Positions 38,182 through 51,136 of a stretch of 64,000 nt of DNA are shown one piece after another; the stretch's first letter is position 1; every line of letters begins with the position of its first letter. Source of the stretch: Batkoa obscura. Its lineage: Eukaryota. The position numbers were made by a program, and so were the translations under genes. The DNA lies in the NCBI GenBank assembly GCA_030770535.1, contig JASVEC010000014.1:1-64000 (forward strand), in the 5' to 3' direction. A model generated the notes under the pieces. It had not been told where the DNA came from. It saw only the letters and a list, made by a program, of their open reading frames with translations, and did no database searches.

Positions 38182-39496
38182 TAAAATCGTAATTTAAACG
38201 AACTATTTTTTAAAGGGAATGGTGGGTCATTAAAAGGATTTTAAATATATTGATTATAGTATTTTTAACCTAAGTATAAATTTGAAATTTTCAGAAATTT
38301 ATTTATTATTATGATTTTAACTAATTTAACAAAGCTATGATGTAGTAAATTTAGTAAAATAATTTTTTTTAAATTAAATTTAAGTATAAGATATATTATA
38401 TCCAAGAGAAGTATGAGGGTTTTCGATATCGGTTTAGTTTCTTAATAAACGTGGCTGTAATTCAATTAACAGTATTAATTCATTTAAATACAAATTTTAC
38501 AAAATTGAAGATTAAATTGAATCTACTTCAATAGGAAGTTTAAAAAGATTTTTATTAATATTATAAATAGAATCAGAGCCCCTGCTAAAGTATAAGCATC
38601 ACTCTATCATTTTTGAATGATAAAGTTAAGTACAGTGCAGTTTCGTTTCCTCATTTTCATTTTATAATGCTTTTACAAAGCACAAACTTGACAAAGAAAA
38701 AGAAATTTTCTTTAGTATTGTATTTATACTTGAAAATTTAATTGAACTTAATGTAACCAATCATTTTTATTTTTATTTTATTTTTATTTTCATAACATTT
38801 GAATAAATAGCTAATATAATTTTCAGTAAAGTAGTATAAGTTTTATTTTGCTCAAATTCATGGTGATTTCAAATCATAGTTTATTTTTTTATAGAGTATT
38901 TAAACTTAGATTGTTTATAAAAGTATAACAGTCAATTTCATGATTTTTAGGATTATCAAAATATGTATGTATTATGTATCTTTTAAATATATTATGTCAA
39001 GTAGGAGTATCTAAAGTGAGGTTGTGAATGCATTCAGAAAACACTATACATGAAGTATATTTTATTTACAAAATCAGTTATGCGATAAGACTAGTGTTCA
39101 TGATAGGACTATGGAACTTAGTTTGTTAGCTATTCTTGATGTGAGTGATAAAAAGGGAATTCCACTCATATAAAAAAGTTTTCAATAGAAAGTCTATAAT
39201 GCTTCTTTTTACATTTATTTTAAGATATCATATATTCGGTAAAATAGTTGATCTTACAATAAATTGATAGGTTTTATCCTTATCTAACAAAATTAAAAAT
39301 ATTACAAATATAGATATACAAATGAATAATATTTTCATGCAATAAACTTTTATTTGATTAGTCTGATTTGAGGAAGATTAGTAACCAAATTAATTTTAAT
39401 AAGATTTGTTTCTTTAATAAAATATTGTATTAATAATCAATAGATATAAAATAATTCAATAGATATAAAATAATTCAATAATATAATTAAAAGTTA

Positions 39497-40464
39497 ATGA
39501 GTTTTTTAATAAATTATTTCAAAAAATTTGGTGGTAAAAATGATGGTAGTAAAGTACCTCCAAGGCCTAAGTTAGTGGTTTTAATTTGGTCTTTTTTGGG
39601 TGCCTTTCTCGGTATTGCTGCCGTCACAGGTATATCCACTTATACTATTTTAGCAGATGAAAACTTAATCCCAGCCGTAATGGGATCTATTGTAAGACTT
39701 TTTGTATTATTTGGTTTCAACCAGCTAACATTCTCTTAGGGCGCAATGGCTATTTTAATTTATGGATCAATAGATGTAGCTTTAGCTCAACCTAGAAACT
39801 TTAGTAATTCGAATTTTACTATACACTCATAACGTATTAATGTTTAATATTTCTAGTATTTGGTAATTTATTTAGTGCATTAATTGGTATTTTGGTAGAG
39901 TTGATTTTTATAAAAATTACTGGTAGTGCAACTGCATTGCTATGGTTAAAATCTGCTTTAGCCGTTTCAATCTCTTTAGTAGTTATGCAATTAACCCGCA
40001 CTGTTCATCCACCAGCTGGAGCTACTGCATTGATTGCAGTTTCTGGAGGTCAAAAATTTTATGATATAGGATTTTTATATATGGCAATTCCAGTATTATT
40101 TTCAGTAGGTATAATGCTAGTAGTAGCTTTAATTGTAAACAATATCATGAGACAATATCCATTATATTGGTTTAATCCGGATTTGGATATTAGAAAAGAA
40201 ATCGAAGCCCTAAGATCTAAAAAAAATCAAAAAGTCGATCTTATCAACCATGAATTTACTAATGATGTTAACAATAATAGCAAAGAAGATGCATATTTAG
40301 AAAACATTCCTTCCTTTGGATTAGAAGATATTACCGCTTCTTCAACTTTTACAATCAACGTTCATCAACCACGACATGAGTTGGAAATATTAAAGTTGAA
40401 AGAGGAACTTTTGAGTGCTAATATGCGTATTAAAGAATTGGAAATGAAACTCCATATGGAATAA
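39497..40464 (+). CDS. HPP family membrane protein, 3 exons
   Basis: WSFLGAFLGI, GAMAILIYG...LAQPRN, TRTVHPPAGATALIAV and NNIMRQYPLYW. Confidence 0.88.
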
Positions 40465-40619
40465 AATTATACTAACCTAAATAAAAATAAATTAAAATAG
40501 AAATTAAATTTTTAGTTTGAATTTTAGCCAATCATATTTTAAAATTAAAATTGCATTTTACCAGAACCATAAATGTAATAATTGTCCAAAAATCATTTTC
40601 CTTTACTTGTTACAAGAAA

Positions 40620-41120
40620 ATGGACATAATTCAAGAAGACCGTAACTTAGTTACAATAAGGCTTCCTAACGAAAATAAATCATCAACAATAAAGTTGAAA
40701 GTAGACAATAACAATAAAAATGAAGGGAAAATGAACTCAATTAAAAAGGATAATGGTGTATTAATTAAAATGAATTTCAAATACAATAACCGTTATGATA
40801 AAGATATATTTCAAGATGATCTTAATAATATAATGGTAAAAATACCAATCAAAAATAAAGCAAAAGAGAGCCTTACAAAACATAGTGGTAAATTAACACC
40901 TGAAGTATTTGTGAAATGTCCAAAAGAACTTCAGGTAAAAGTTCATAATTTGAAAAGTGAGGATGTAATTTTGCAAAGCTTATACCCAAAATTATTTTAT
41001 GATAAAGGGATTACTTTTGATTCCTTTGATTCTGATTTTGAGAAAACCAGAGATATGGATTATATTCGCATTTGTTTACCTGTCCTTAAAAAACCATATC
41101 CATACAAAAAATTCCATTAA
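40620..41120 (+). CDS. Hypothetical protein (166 aa)
   Basis: Open frame from AAAATG at 40620, with a CCAAT box upstream (~40528); no recognisable family. Confidence 0.5.
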   Translation: MDIIQEDRNLVTIRLPNENKSSTIKLKVDNNNKNEGKMNSIKKDNGVLIKMNFKYNNRYDKDIFQDDLNNIMVKIPIKNKAKESLTKHSGKLTPEVFVKCPKELQVKVHNLKSEDVILQSLYPKLFYDKGITFDSFDSDFEKTRDMDYIRICLPVLKKPYPYKKFH

Positions 41121-41439
41121 CTCACTTATCTATGCTAGTATCATTTAATTATTCTTGTAGCATATGAATTTCTTAAACATTTTATCATAATATTTTATAA
41201 AATTAATAAATCATATATAATTGTATTTTTATAGAACTTAAATATTTAATATATAGCTGGCATCATATTTACATTATTTAATTATAAAATCAAAATCATT
41301 TTAGAAAATTACATATGTATCTTAAATTTATTATGTTGTGTAAAGTATAGCAATATTATTGACATCTTTAATTATTAAATATTTATAAAATATTTAAATT
41401 CATATTAGTAATATAATACAATCAATATTTGTATTCTAT

Positions 41440-41544
41440 ATATGGGGATGTTTTTTTGATTTCATCACTTTTTCCATTTTTAAGCATTATTTGAGTAGAA
41501 GGACTATTGGTAAAATTCTTAAACAAGAGAATACATCCCCATAT
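41440..41544 (-). mobile_element. ~100-bp MITE
   Basis: ATAT-GGGGATG...TACATCCCC-ATAT. Confidence 0.9.
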
Positions 41545-41811
41545 GTTTAAAGCTTAAATCTATATTTAAGGGATAGTATTATAAGCTATTATTGAATTAA
41601 CCAGTCATTACTTTAAATTATTTAACCGAATGACGAATCTAGCTTCTGTTTATTTCTCCAAATAGTATAGATAAACGTCATCTAAATAGTAAACTTGTCA
41701 AATTATTTTTTGTACCATATTCTTGATTGACTTACATCATCTAACAATAGCAGCAGTATAAATAGCAATTAAAATAACTATTAGAATGTATATTTTCAAC
41801 AATTATTCAAT

Positions 41812-42530
41812 ATGGTATCAATTGGTGTAAGTTTATTATTTTTTATCTATATTAATTTAATTATGTGGTTTTATAGCGTTTATATGGTGCTCCAAAGAAC
41901 TCTCGAGTAAACAAATCCTTGGTTACTGCTAAACTTAGTGGTGTTGAAATTGATTTTGATCCTAATTTTCAATTTGGTGTAGATAACAAAAAGCCAGAAT
42001 ACCTTGCCAAGTTTCCTTTAGGTCAAACTCCAGCTTTCGAAGGAAAAGATGGGCTCATTTTAACTGAATCTGCCGCTATCCCATTACACATTGCCTCTCA
42101 AAAAGAAAATAACCCACTTTTAGGTAAAGATGCTAATGAGCGCTCTAAAGTTTACCAATATCTTTTCTTTGGTGAAACTTCTGTATTTCCTACTTTCCTT
42201 CCAATTTTATTACCTCATCTTGGTTTTGCTCCATATGATGAACAAACAGAAGCTAAGCATTATGAGAAGCTTGATCGTCCATTAAGTTATCTCAATAATG
42301 AGTTAAAAGGAAAGGACTACTTGGTTGGAAATCATCTTACCTTAGCAGATGTTAACCTTTACTTTTGCTTAGAAACTTTATACTCTCGTTTCTTTAGTAA
42401 TACAGATCGCTCTAAATATCAAAATTTGACTAAGTATATTGATAATATTGCCAATTTACCAGAAATCAAAGAAGTTACTGGTGGTATTTCATACTCTGAA
42501 ACTCGTCCTAAATATACTCCAAAAGCTTAA
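41812..42530 (+). CDS. Glutathione S-transferase, EF1B-gamma N-terminal class (GST-C)
   Basis: MVSIG plus intron, then RLYGAPKNSR, KPEYLAKFPLGQTPAFEGKDG and YLVGNHLTLAD. Confidence 0.9.
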
Positions 42531-42909
42531 GGAAGTATTTATATTATTAAATTTATTGCTACTTTATTTACGTGTATTTTTTGAGTTTTTTTCAAATTAT
42601 AGTGTTATTTGTCTAATGAGGTAAGTTAATTTTGTATCATTATGTTTTTAATCAAGACAATCTAAATATAATAGCACGTCATGGATTTAAAGTTGTTCTG
42701 CTACTTTGACAAGGAGTATAGTTGTATATTTATGCTATCTATATTTATATTTCAGTTGATGTACTTTCAAGTGTATACAGTTATTTGAAAAAATCGAACT
42801 ATAATAATTTCCAATATAGTTTATTTAAAGGTAATAATTTTAATTTGATCAAAGATTATATAAAAGGAGAGGTAATTAAAATTTGTCTCTATATTAAATA
42901 GAGACAAAT

Positions 42910-43568
42910 TTAACTCATTTTTTCTTCATTGGAATCACAATTTAGAAACTCTTTCAAATCTTCATCCTTATTTTTTTCTATTTCTATTTCTTCATCCAAT
43001 CTTGAATCTTCTTCGTCAGCATTAACTGCGTTACTTAGCAACTGTCCACCAATTTTCTCTCTCATAAAATGCGAAAAATCTTTTAACTTTAAACATAAAG
43101 GTTAATTTTGATATAATAAAAAAGTTAAATTTTACATTGGTTGTACCAGTTAAATAAGATACAGTAGCACCTGATATTGTAAATACACCAGCACACAATA
43201 AAGTGCCAAGACCAAATGTTTTTATGGCAAATTTTTTTGCATCATTCATAGGATCATGGCTAAATTGCTGCTGTAACCTTGGTTTAATTAGCTTCTTTTC
43301 AATTTTAGAAGTTAAAGCAGCACCTTTTAATCTTTATTTTACAATCTCAATTAAATTTTATATCGGAATTACCTTTTCTTTTATTAATTAAAACTGCTAT
43401 TCCTAAACCCAGAACAAACGAAGATAATGAAAGTCCATATACCCATGACTCATATTTCTTTTCTTCTTCTAAAGACCATTGTTCTTCTTTTTGTTGTTGT
43501 TTATTATTAGTTACGTTGTTCAACTTTGTCTTAAAATAAGCTAATATTTCCTCTTTAGCATTATTCAT
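42910..43568 (-). CDS. TMEM242/DUF1358-like small membrane protein, 3 exons
   Basis: Two TM segments; FAIKTFGLGTLLCAG...GTTN|LKDFSHFMRE; acidic tail. Confidence 0.55.
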
Positions 43569-43691
43569 CTCTAGTTTTATAAAGATTACTTTTAATTTTA
43601 AATTTAAGTTTTAAATTGCAAATGTTTTATTTGTTTGCATAATTCGTAATTAAACTAGAAAAGATCAAAATCAAACAATTACTTTTTAATA

Positions 43692-44995
43692 ATGGTATTA
43701 GACATAGATAAATGTATTGAACAAGTTTATGACTGTAAATTATTAGCTGAGTCCGTTATAAAAGATATTTGCGAAAAAGTGAAAGAATTATTAATTGAAG
43801 AAAGTAATGTAGTTCATATTCAAAGTCCAGTTACAGTAGTTGGAGATATTCATGGGTACTTTTAAAAAAAATGTTTTTACTCAATTCATTAACATAAAAA
43901 TAGTCAATTTTATGACTTGTTAGAAATATTTAAAATTGGCGGCTATCCTCCAGATACAAATTATTTATTCTTAGGTAATTTTATTAATGTTTTTTACAGT
44001 TTATATTTATCCGAATAGGCGATTATGTTGATAGAGGTTATTATTCTGTTGAAACTATAACCTTATTGACTTGCTTAAAATTGAGGTACCCTCAACGTAT
44101 TCAATTAGTTAGGGGTAATCATGAATCAAGAACAGTTACTCAAGTAAGTTTAAATATGTTATTTTCTATTTTTTTAATTAAAATTTAGACCTATGGTTTT
44201 TATACTGAGTGTCATCGTAAATATGGTTCATCAAACGTTTGGAATTACTTTACCAGCATGTTTGATTTTTTAACATTAAGTGTTGTGATAAATAATACAA
44301 TATTTTGTGTACATGGAGGTAAATTTTTATTTTAGTAGACATAATTATAAAAAATAATGCTATTTTTCATTTAAAAGGCCTATCCCCTTCTATCCATTGG
44401 ATCGATCAAATAAAAGTATTAGATCGTTTTAAAGGTATAAGATTAATTGCTATCAGTATCTAAATTCATTGTTATTTAGAAATACCGCATGAAGGACCTA
44501 TGGCAGATTTGGTATGGTCTGATCCTGATCCTGACAAAGATGACTATTCCATGTCTGCAAGGTATTTAAATGTTATATTTATAAAATTAGATATTAATTA
44601 TTTTTATTTAGAGGTGCTGGATATACTTTTGGTAAGGATGTTGTAAAAAAATTCTGCGAATTAAATCAGATGGACCATATATTAAGAGCGCATCAATTAT
44701 GTATGGAAGGATATCAAGTAGGCTTTTTTATTTAGCTATTTTATACCTTACCGTTTGTATTAGGTGCTTTTTGACGGTTTGCTGTCTACGGTATGGTCTG
44801 CCCCTAATTATTGTTATCGTTGTGGTAACATGGCTTCTATTTTAGAAGTTGAAACTGCATTCTTTAATATATTTGCAGCTGCGCCTGATCATGAGAGACC
44901 TTCCCTCAAAGATGAATCCAAGGTAACTTAAATTAATTTGGGTTTTACAATGCTCATGTTATAAATCTTAGGATGCGCCAGAATACTTCCTTTAG
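43692..44995 (+). CDS. PPG1: PP2A-like Ser/Thr phosphatase catalytic subunit, Ppg1 type, 9 exons (absent from the ORF track)
   Basis: [53 protein letters not shown] and C-terminal EYFL*. Confidence 0.88.
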
Positions 44996-45485
44996 TTAAA
45001 ATTATTTATTTTTGACAAAATATGTTGTGAATACGTGTTTTTGTTAAATGGTTGATAATATCCTTCCACGGTGCTACGGCATATAATATTTACGATTATA
45101 TTATTTTTTAATGGCAAAAGTTAATACAATATAAGTATATTCATTCTTAAATATTTTTTTCGATCTAATTCTTTACAATATATTAATTGTGGTTTATATA
45201 ACATTCATTATTGGACATTTCAAGTAACCTCTTTATCAAATTTATAAATAAAATTTAGTTTCATATTTAAAATAAGTATTTTAGAGTTATTTAAATACAA
45301 CTTTATCACAATATATAGGCTTGATATTTAAAAAATGACTTTGAAAATAAAAATAATCAGATCAATTTATTATGATGTAGATTGTTAATAAGGATTTCAA
45401 AAAAAAGCCCTAGTCAAAAATATAAAATCAAAGTTCTTATGTTTTTAAAATTTACTATACAAAAAATACACTTTTCAGAGTCAAA

Positions 45486-45878
45486 TCAATGGCGTCTCTT
45501 GGCTATAAGCTTTTTTGGTTGTCTTTTGATGTTAAAGCTTCTACGACCTGGATTAATTTTGGGTTCATCTTTAGATTGAGATTCAGTTGCTTTAACACTG
45601 TGTTTAAAAATAAGCTCAAATACTTCTTTAAATAGATTGATAGCATCAGTTTCAATCTTTTCTAAACTAACTTCACCATCCGAGCCACTTGAGGTTTGTT
45701 CTTCGGGTTGTTCAGTTTCAGGTTGTTTAGTTTCAGGTTGTTTAGTTTCAGGTTGTTTAGTTTCAGGCTGTTTAGTTTCAGTTACAGCATCACGGATATA
45801 GTTAGCAGCACCTCTGATACTGAAAGCAGAAGCAGTGGAGATAGCAAGAGCACTTGAGAGAATGTAGAGAAGTTTCAT
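45486..45878 (-). CDS. Small secreted protein, copy 1 (ETKQP repeats)
   Basis: Signal peptide MKLLYILSSALAISTASA; 15-bp tandem repeats; paralog at 46680. Confidence 0.85.
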   Translation of the reverse strand: MKLLYILSSALAISTASAFSIRGAANYIRDAVTETKQPETKQPETKQPETKQPETEQPEEQTSSGSDGEVSLEKIETDAINLFKEVFELIFKHSVKATESQSKDEPKINPGRRSFNIKRQPKKLIAKRRH

Positions 45879-46679
45879 TTTAATTTATAGATAGTTAATA
45901 ACAAGAATATTTTAATCTTTTATAATGATTGATTTGACTTTTATATACTTCTTATTTTTTGCTAATTACTAAACGATGCGACTTTTTCTTATCCGGATGA
46001 ATTATTTACGGAGAATTTCGATCTATGGTGTATGGAGTAAATGGAGTTATTTCTGAATAAGCTCTATTAATAATGAGAACAAAATTCCTATAGGAACATA
46101 TATGCTATTAAGTATATTTTGAAATAATATAAACTATACCTTTTAAAACTATTACTTACAAGTTAACTTTACTTAAATAATAAAGTTATCTTGTAATTAA
46201 ATTTTTTATTATTTTTAGGTGTTGGAACTGAACTTTTTCGAAAAGCTTGTGACTTGAAATGGAATAATTTTTAGAGATCAAATTTCGATAGTTCGTAACA
46301 TTGTAAAGTAAGTATACCACTTTATTTAAAAGGTTCAAATATTTTAGTACTGTTCTTTTATCAAGATTATACATATTTATATACTCCGTTTTTATTATGT
46401 TTTATTATTTTAATTTTACTATTTTATCAAAAAAATGAGGAGGAGCTTGTTAGTTCCAACACTGTTTTTCATGTTTTTTCTAAAATCGATTTTTTTGCAA
46501 TAATACTTCTATTATTACTATTTTATTTCTATCAATTTTAATGAAATAAACTCTGCTTATAACAGTATTGTAATATTTTAGTATTCGTTTTCAGAAAGAA
46601 AATATAAACTAAAAATATAAAATCAAGTTTCTTATGTTTTTAAATTTTAATATACAAAAATATGCTTTTTAGAATAGAT

Positions 46680-47039
46680 TTAATGACGTCTCTTGGCTAT
46701 GAGCTTTTTTGGCTGTCTTCTAATGTTAAAGCTTCTACGACCTGGAGTAGCTTTGGGTTCATCTTTAGATTGAGATTCAGTTGCTTTAACACTGTGTTTA
46801 AAAATAAGCTCAAATACTTCTTTAAATAGATTGATAGCATCAGTTTCAATCTTTTCTAAACTAACTTCACCATTGGAACCAACTGGAGCTTGTTCTTCAT
46901 CTTTTTCACTTTTGGGTTCAATTTCAGGTTGCTCGGTTTCAGCTACAGCATCACGGATATAGTTAGCAGCACCTCTGATACTGAAAGCAGAAGCAGTGGA
47001 GATAGCAAGAGCACTTGAGAGAATGTAGAGAAGTTTCAT
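46680..47039 (-). CDS. Small secreted protein, copy 2
   Basis: Near-identical to copy 1 outside the variable linker. Confidence 0.85.
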   Translation of the reverse strand: MKLLYILSSALAISTASAFSIRGAANYIRDAVAETEQPEIEPKSEKDEEQAPVGSNGEVSLEKIETDAINLFKEVFELIFKHSVKATESQSKDEPKATPGRRSFNIRRQPKKLIAKRRH

Positions 47040-47524
47040 TTTAATTTATATGTACCTAATAGTAGTTATTATTTTAATGTTAAATGATGGGTGATTTGAC
47101 TCTTTATATAGTTTTTTATTTTATATAGGTTATTATGTATTACGGTTATTTTTTCTTACTTGGATGAAGTAATATAGCTTCAATATAAGCTGATAATGGG
47201 TAAATGGAGTTACTTTATAATAAATCAGGCTTATAATGAGAACAATATTATAATAGGAACGCATATACTATTAAATACTAGTGCTAAAGGGGACAACTTG
47301 TATCTTGGTGCTATTCTCTATTAATTCGCTTTATCCATATAAAAAATTATCTTAATTGACCATATAGGAACGTAGTTTAAATGGAATAATTTTTTATTCA
47401 ATGATTACATTTTGATTATCAATTTATGACATTGTAAATAAAGTATTCCTTTTCATCTATAAAATCCAAATATTCTAATACTGTTCTTTTATTAAACTTA
47501 TACATTTAAATACACTATTTTTTT

Positions 47525-47626
47525 ATATAAGGGTGTTTTTTTAATTTCATCACTTTTTCCATTTTTAAGCATATTTGAGTAGAAAACCTATCAGTAAAAT
47601 TCTTAAATAAAAATACACCCCCATAT
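47525..47626 (-). mobile_element. ~100-bp MITE
   Basis: Reverse-orientation match ending TACACCCCC-ATAT. Confidence 0.85.
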
Positions 47627-48024
47627 GCTTTTGTTTTAATACTGCTCTTTTATCAAATTGTTATGATTTCTCACAAATAATCTTTATTTTTTTTGGTAAA
47701 AAACAGGATTTTATTACTTTTAACAAATTCTTTTATTTTAAACTTTGGTCTAGAAACGAAATTGTTTTATGATAAATAGTTCCAACTGTTGCAGTTCTAC
47801 ATCCTTACCATGACTTTTTAACTGAACAAGTAATTTGTTTAAGTAAAACTATACATTTTATTTCAATTGAACTTTTAGTTCAATTTAAAGATAGAAAATG
47901 TAGTTATTTTAGTGCTGATTCTTAGTAAAAAATAATATACAAATAACACTAACAAATAAACAAAGCATTGAAATACTCTTTTTTTTAAAGCTTAATATAC
48001 GATTACATACTCTCCAGAATAGAC

Positions 48025-48366
48025 TTAATGATGTTCTTTTAGCTATAAGCTTTAGCTTGTTTTTAGGTATTAAAACTCTTTCTCTGTTTTGGGTTATTTT
48101 CAACTTGAGAACCAGTTTCACTTTCTACAGTAGGTACTAACAACGCTATGGAGTAAATAATAACTAAATAGATTATGAATAAAATTAGTGTTACCCCCTT
48201 TGATCATTCTTGAAGCAGATTGACTATCAGTATCAGTTGGTTGAATTTATTCTCCATATTTTTCACCCTTGAGTTGTTGAGTTTCAGCTACAACGCCATG
48301 AATATAATTGGTAGTACTTCAGATACCGAAAGCAGAAGCAGCAGAGATGACATAGAAAAATTTCAT
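48025..48366 (-). pseudogene. Small secreted protein, decayed copy 3
   Basis: MKFFYVISAASAFGI*STTNYIHGVVAETQQ..., with an end homologous to KLIAKR; premature stops. Confidence 0.8.
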
Positions 48367-49496
48367 ATTTATTTATAAGCAAGTAATAGTAGATGGTTTT
48401 TTTAAATATTTAATAGTAGTGATGGCGGTTTTTTATTTCTAAAAACAAATTATTTACAACCAAAAATATTGCGATAATTTATCACCTTAACCTTTGATTC
48501 TTCGAAAGTTACAAAATTACTTGTCTTAGATATAAGTTATGTTACTATCCTAATGAGATACTTAACGGAAAAACTAGATATAATCTGATATGGTGTAAAT
48601 GGAATTATTCTAGGATAAACTAGACTGATAAAATGAGTAAAATTTGTATAGGAACACTTAGGCCTTTTGATATTTTATCTACTAATTACACATTTTCAAA
48701 TGATAAAGATATTTTGCAATTAACTATTTTTTAGATTATTTTTAATTATTTTGAAGTTAATTATTCACTATAAAAACTTGTGGTTCAGTTATATAATTAA
48801 TACAAGAACATGAAATAAAATGATTTTTTCAGTTGTTAAGTACTAAAATTTTCGTTCTTTCTCCACTCATTCCACTTACCTTTCAGTTTCTTTATGCTCT
48901 TACTTCCAAAAATAAATCACTTAGCAGTTTATCTCTTTCAAGATTTAAAAAAAATAAATGTCAACAATTAAATCACAACATAAACTAAATATTTACTTTC
49001 TATATGGTTCAGCTAATAATAATGTTCTTTTATTCAATTTCACAACATTTAAACATTTCGTTTATTTTTATCATTTTGTTTTATATCCTTTTAACGAGAT
49101 TATTACAAATAAATAGTCCGTTTCTTCATTGTACCGTTTTGTTTCAACATTGTTTATTTAAATTATTTTATAAAGTAAAAATCATTATTGTTCCTTCTAA
49201 GTAAAAAATATTGAATTCCTTCATAATGTTTATCTTTATACTAATTCATGACAAATACCTAATTAATAATACTATATAGCGATATATAAAATAGACAAAA
49301 TAGTTATATTATATTACTATAACGGGTTTCAGGCAAATCATTTATCCCTTGTAGCTTGAAATTGTTTTTGGTAGTCTTTTTAGCTTTTGACCATAGACTC
49401 CAACTTAAAAGTTCGAGTTGAAAGTAAATCGTGTTTTGTGATTTCAGCTTTGATCTGAATCTCAATTTTAAGCCATTTTTTATTTAAAGAGATGCA

Positions 49497-49601
49497 ATTG
49501 GTAATGTTTTTTTGACTTCATTACTCTTTCCATTTTTTAAGCACTGTTTAAGCGGAAAATTTGTTGGTAAAATTCTTAAACACAAAAATACATCCTCATA
49601 T
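49497..49601 (-). mobile_element. ~100-bp MITE
   Basis: Reverse-orientation match. Confidence 0.85.
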
Positions 49602-49850
49602 TTTTTTCTCACCCATCAAGAGCATATGTCATATATATACGAATAAAAAACGATGACTTTAGGTAATTGTGCAGAGTCTGGACTTTTACTACAAAAAATT
49701 TTAAAAAAACATGGGCAATTGTATAAACTGACTGTTAAAACAAAAAGTTTAGTATCAGGAAAATTAGCACTTACTTTGGTTTGGCTTGCGACAGTTGATA
49801 GTTTAATTACTTTTTAAACTATTATTTGTTCACATTTTGATAATTGATTT

Positions 49851-49920
49851 GCTTTTTTTTGTTTCAATACTTTTTAAGCACCAATGAACGGAAAAAATTG
49901 CCAAAGAATTTTTAAAAGGA
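49851..49920 (-). mobile_element. MITE fragment (highly decayed)
   Basis: TTTTTTTTGTTTCAATACTTTTTAAGCAC...CGGAAAAAATTG. Confidence 0.45.
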
Positions 49921-50106
49921 CTTTTTTATAAACTATATTCTTTTTATTTTTATTCTGATGCCTTATTTTTTATATAATCTATTTTTTATATACTTTTATA
50001 ATACTAGATCTTTAAGTATAATTAATATAAAGTCATGAATATAAGTAACAAACATGAGTGCTATTGAGCAATATAAAAAATACCAATAAAAATAATTTAT
50101 TTGGTA

Positions 50107-50825
50107 TCAAGCTTTAGGAGTATATTTAGGGCGCTCTTGAGCATACTTAAATTCTCCAATAACATCAATAACTTGAGGTAATTTGGCAATACGATCAAAG
50201 TAATTAGAAAAATTAGGATATTTATCACGATGTTCTTTAGCATAAAACATTTGATAAAGGCACTCAGTTACACAAAATATAAATACATCTGCTAAAGTAA
50301 GTTGGTTCCCAACTAAATACTCTTTCCCTTTTAGCTTATTATCAAGATAAGTTAATGCCTTATCAACATGAGCATATGAGGTCTCTTCTACTTTTTTACT
50401 GTATTCTCCATAACCTAGTGCTGGTAAATATAAAGCAAAAGCAGGGGGATTCATCTGGGTTGTTGCGTAGAAAGAATATTGGAGAATCTTAGCATATTCA
50501 TCTTTATTAGCACCTAATAAAGTATTATTTTCTTTTTGGGAAGCAACATAGAAGGCAATAGCATCAGATTCAGTTAATAAAAGACCATCTTTAGATTCAA
50601 AGGCAGGGGCTTGACCTAATGGGAACTTAGCAAGGTATTCTGGCTTTTTGTTATCAACACCAAATTGAAAATTAGGGTCATAATCAATTTCAACACCACT
50701 TAATTTGGCAGAAATTAGAATTTTATTTGCTCTTTCATAATTTGGTATACTATATAAACGCTATAAAATAAAATATAAAATGAGTGAATTATTATTATAT
50801 ACAAACTTACTCCAATTGAACCCAT
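50107..50825 (-). CDS. Glutathione S-transferase, EF1B-gamma N-terminal class (GST-B1)
   Basis: MGSIG plus intron 50761-50810, then RLYSIPNYERANK and KFPLGQAPAFESKDG; open to TGA. Confidence 0.9.
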
Positions 50826-51136
50826 CTTAATTTAATATTTATTTTTAATTTCTTAGAAGCTTTATTATTGCTTATATACTTTTTCAATTAATTTATTTGA
50901 AAATAAAGATGACATTTAATATTACTATTATTTTGATTTAACTGGTTTGGTAACTATAATAGGTAAATCACTCTTATTAGCAGGTAAATTACTTTTAAGA
51001 TCAACTATATAAAGTTGGATATTGCTGATAAGATAATAATTAAAGATGTCATAGTATGAATTTATGAATGAGCGTCAAATATAATTGATATTAAATAGTA
51101 TAATAAATTGTCAGTCTATTTTTAATTTATTTAATA

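Noticed and set aside
39437..39480. 19-bp tandem duplication before the HPP gene (also simple repeats at ~28465-28505 and ~55065-55135)
   Set aside because: Ordinary slippage repeats in AT-rich DNA.
48025..48366. In-frame TGA as possible selenocysteine or readthrough
   Set aside because: TGA replaces AGA of the paralogs and is accompanied by TAA stops and deletions, so this is a pseudogene.
48850..49230. Purine-skewed minus-strand stretch resembling a coding relic
   Set aside because: Stops in all frames and no recognisable motif.
49321..49797. Possible old TIR element (AACGGGTTTCAGGCAAATCA versus AACTGTCGCAAGCCAAACCA)
   Set aside because: Only about 13/20 match and no TSD; cannot be told from chance by eye.
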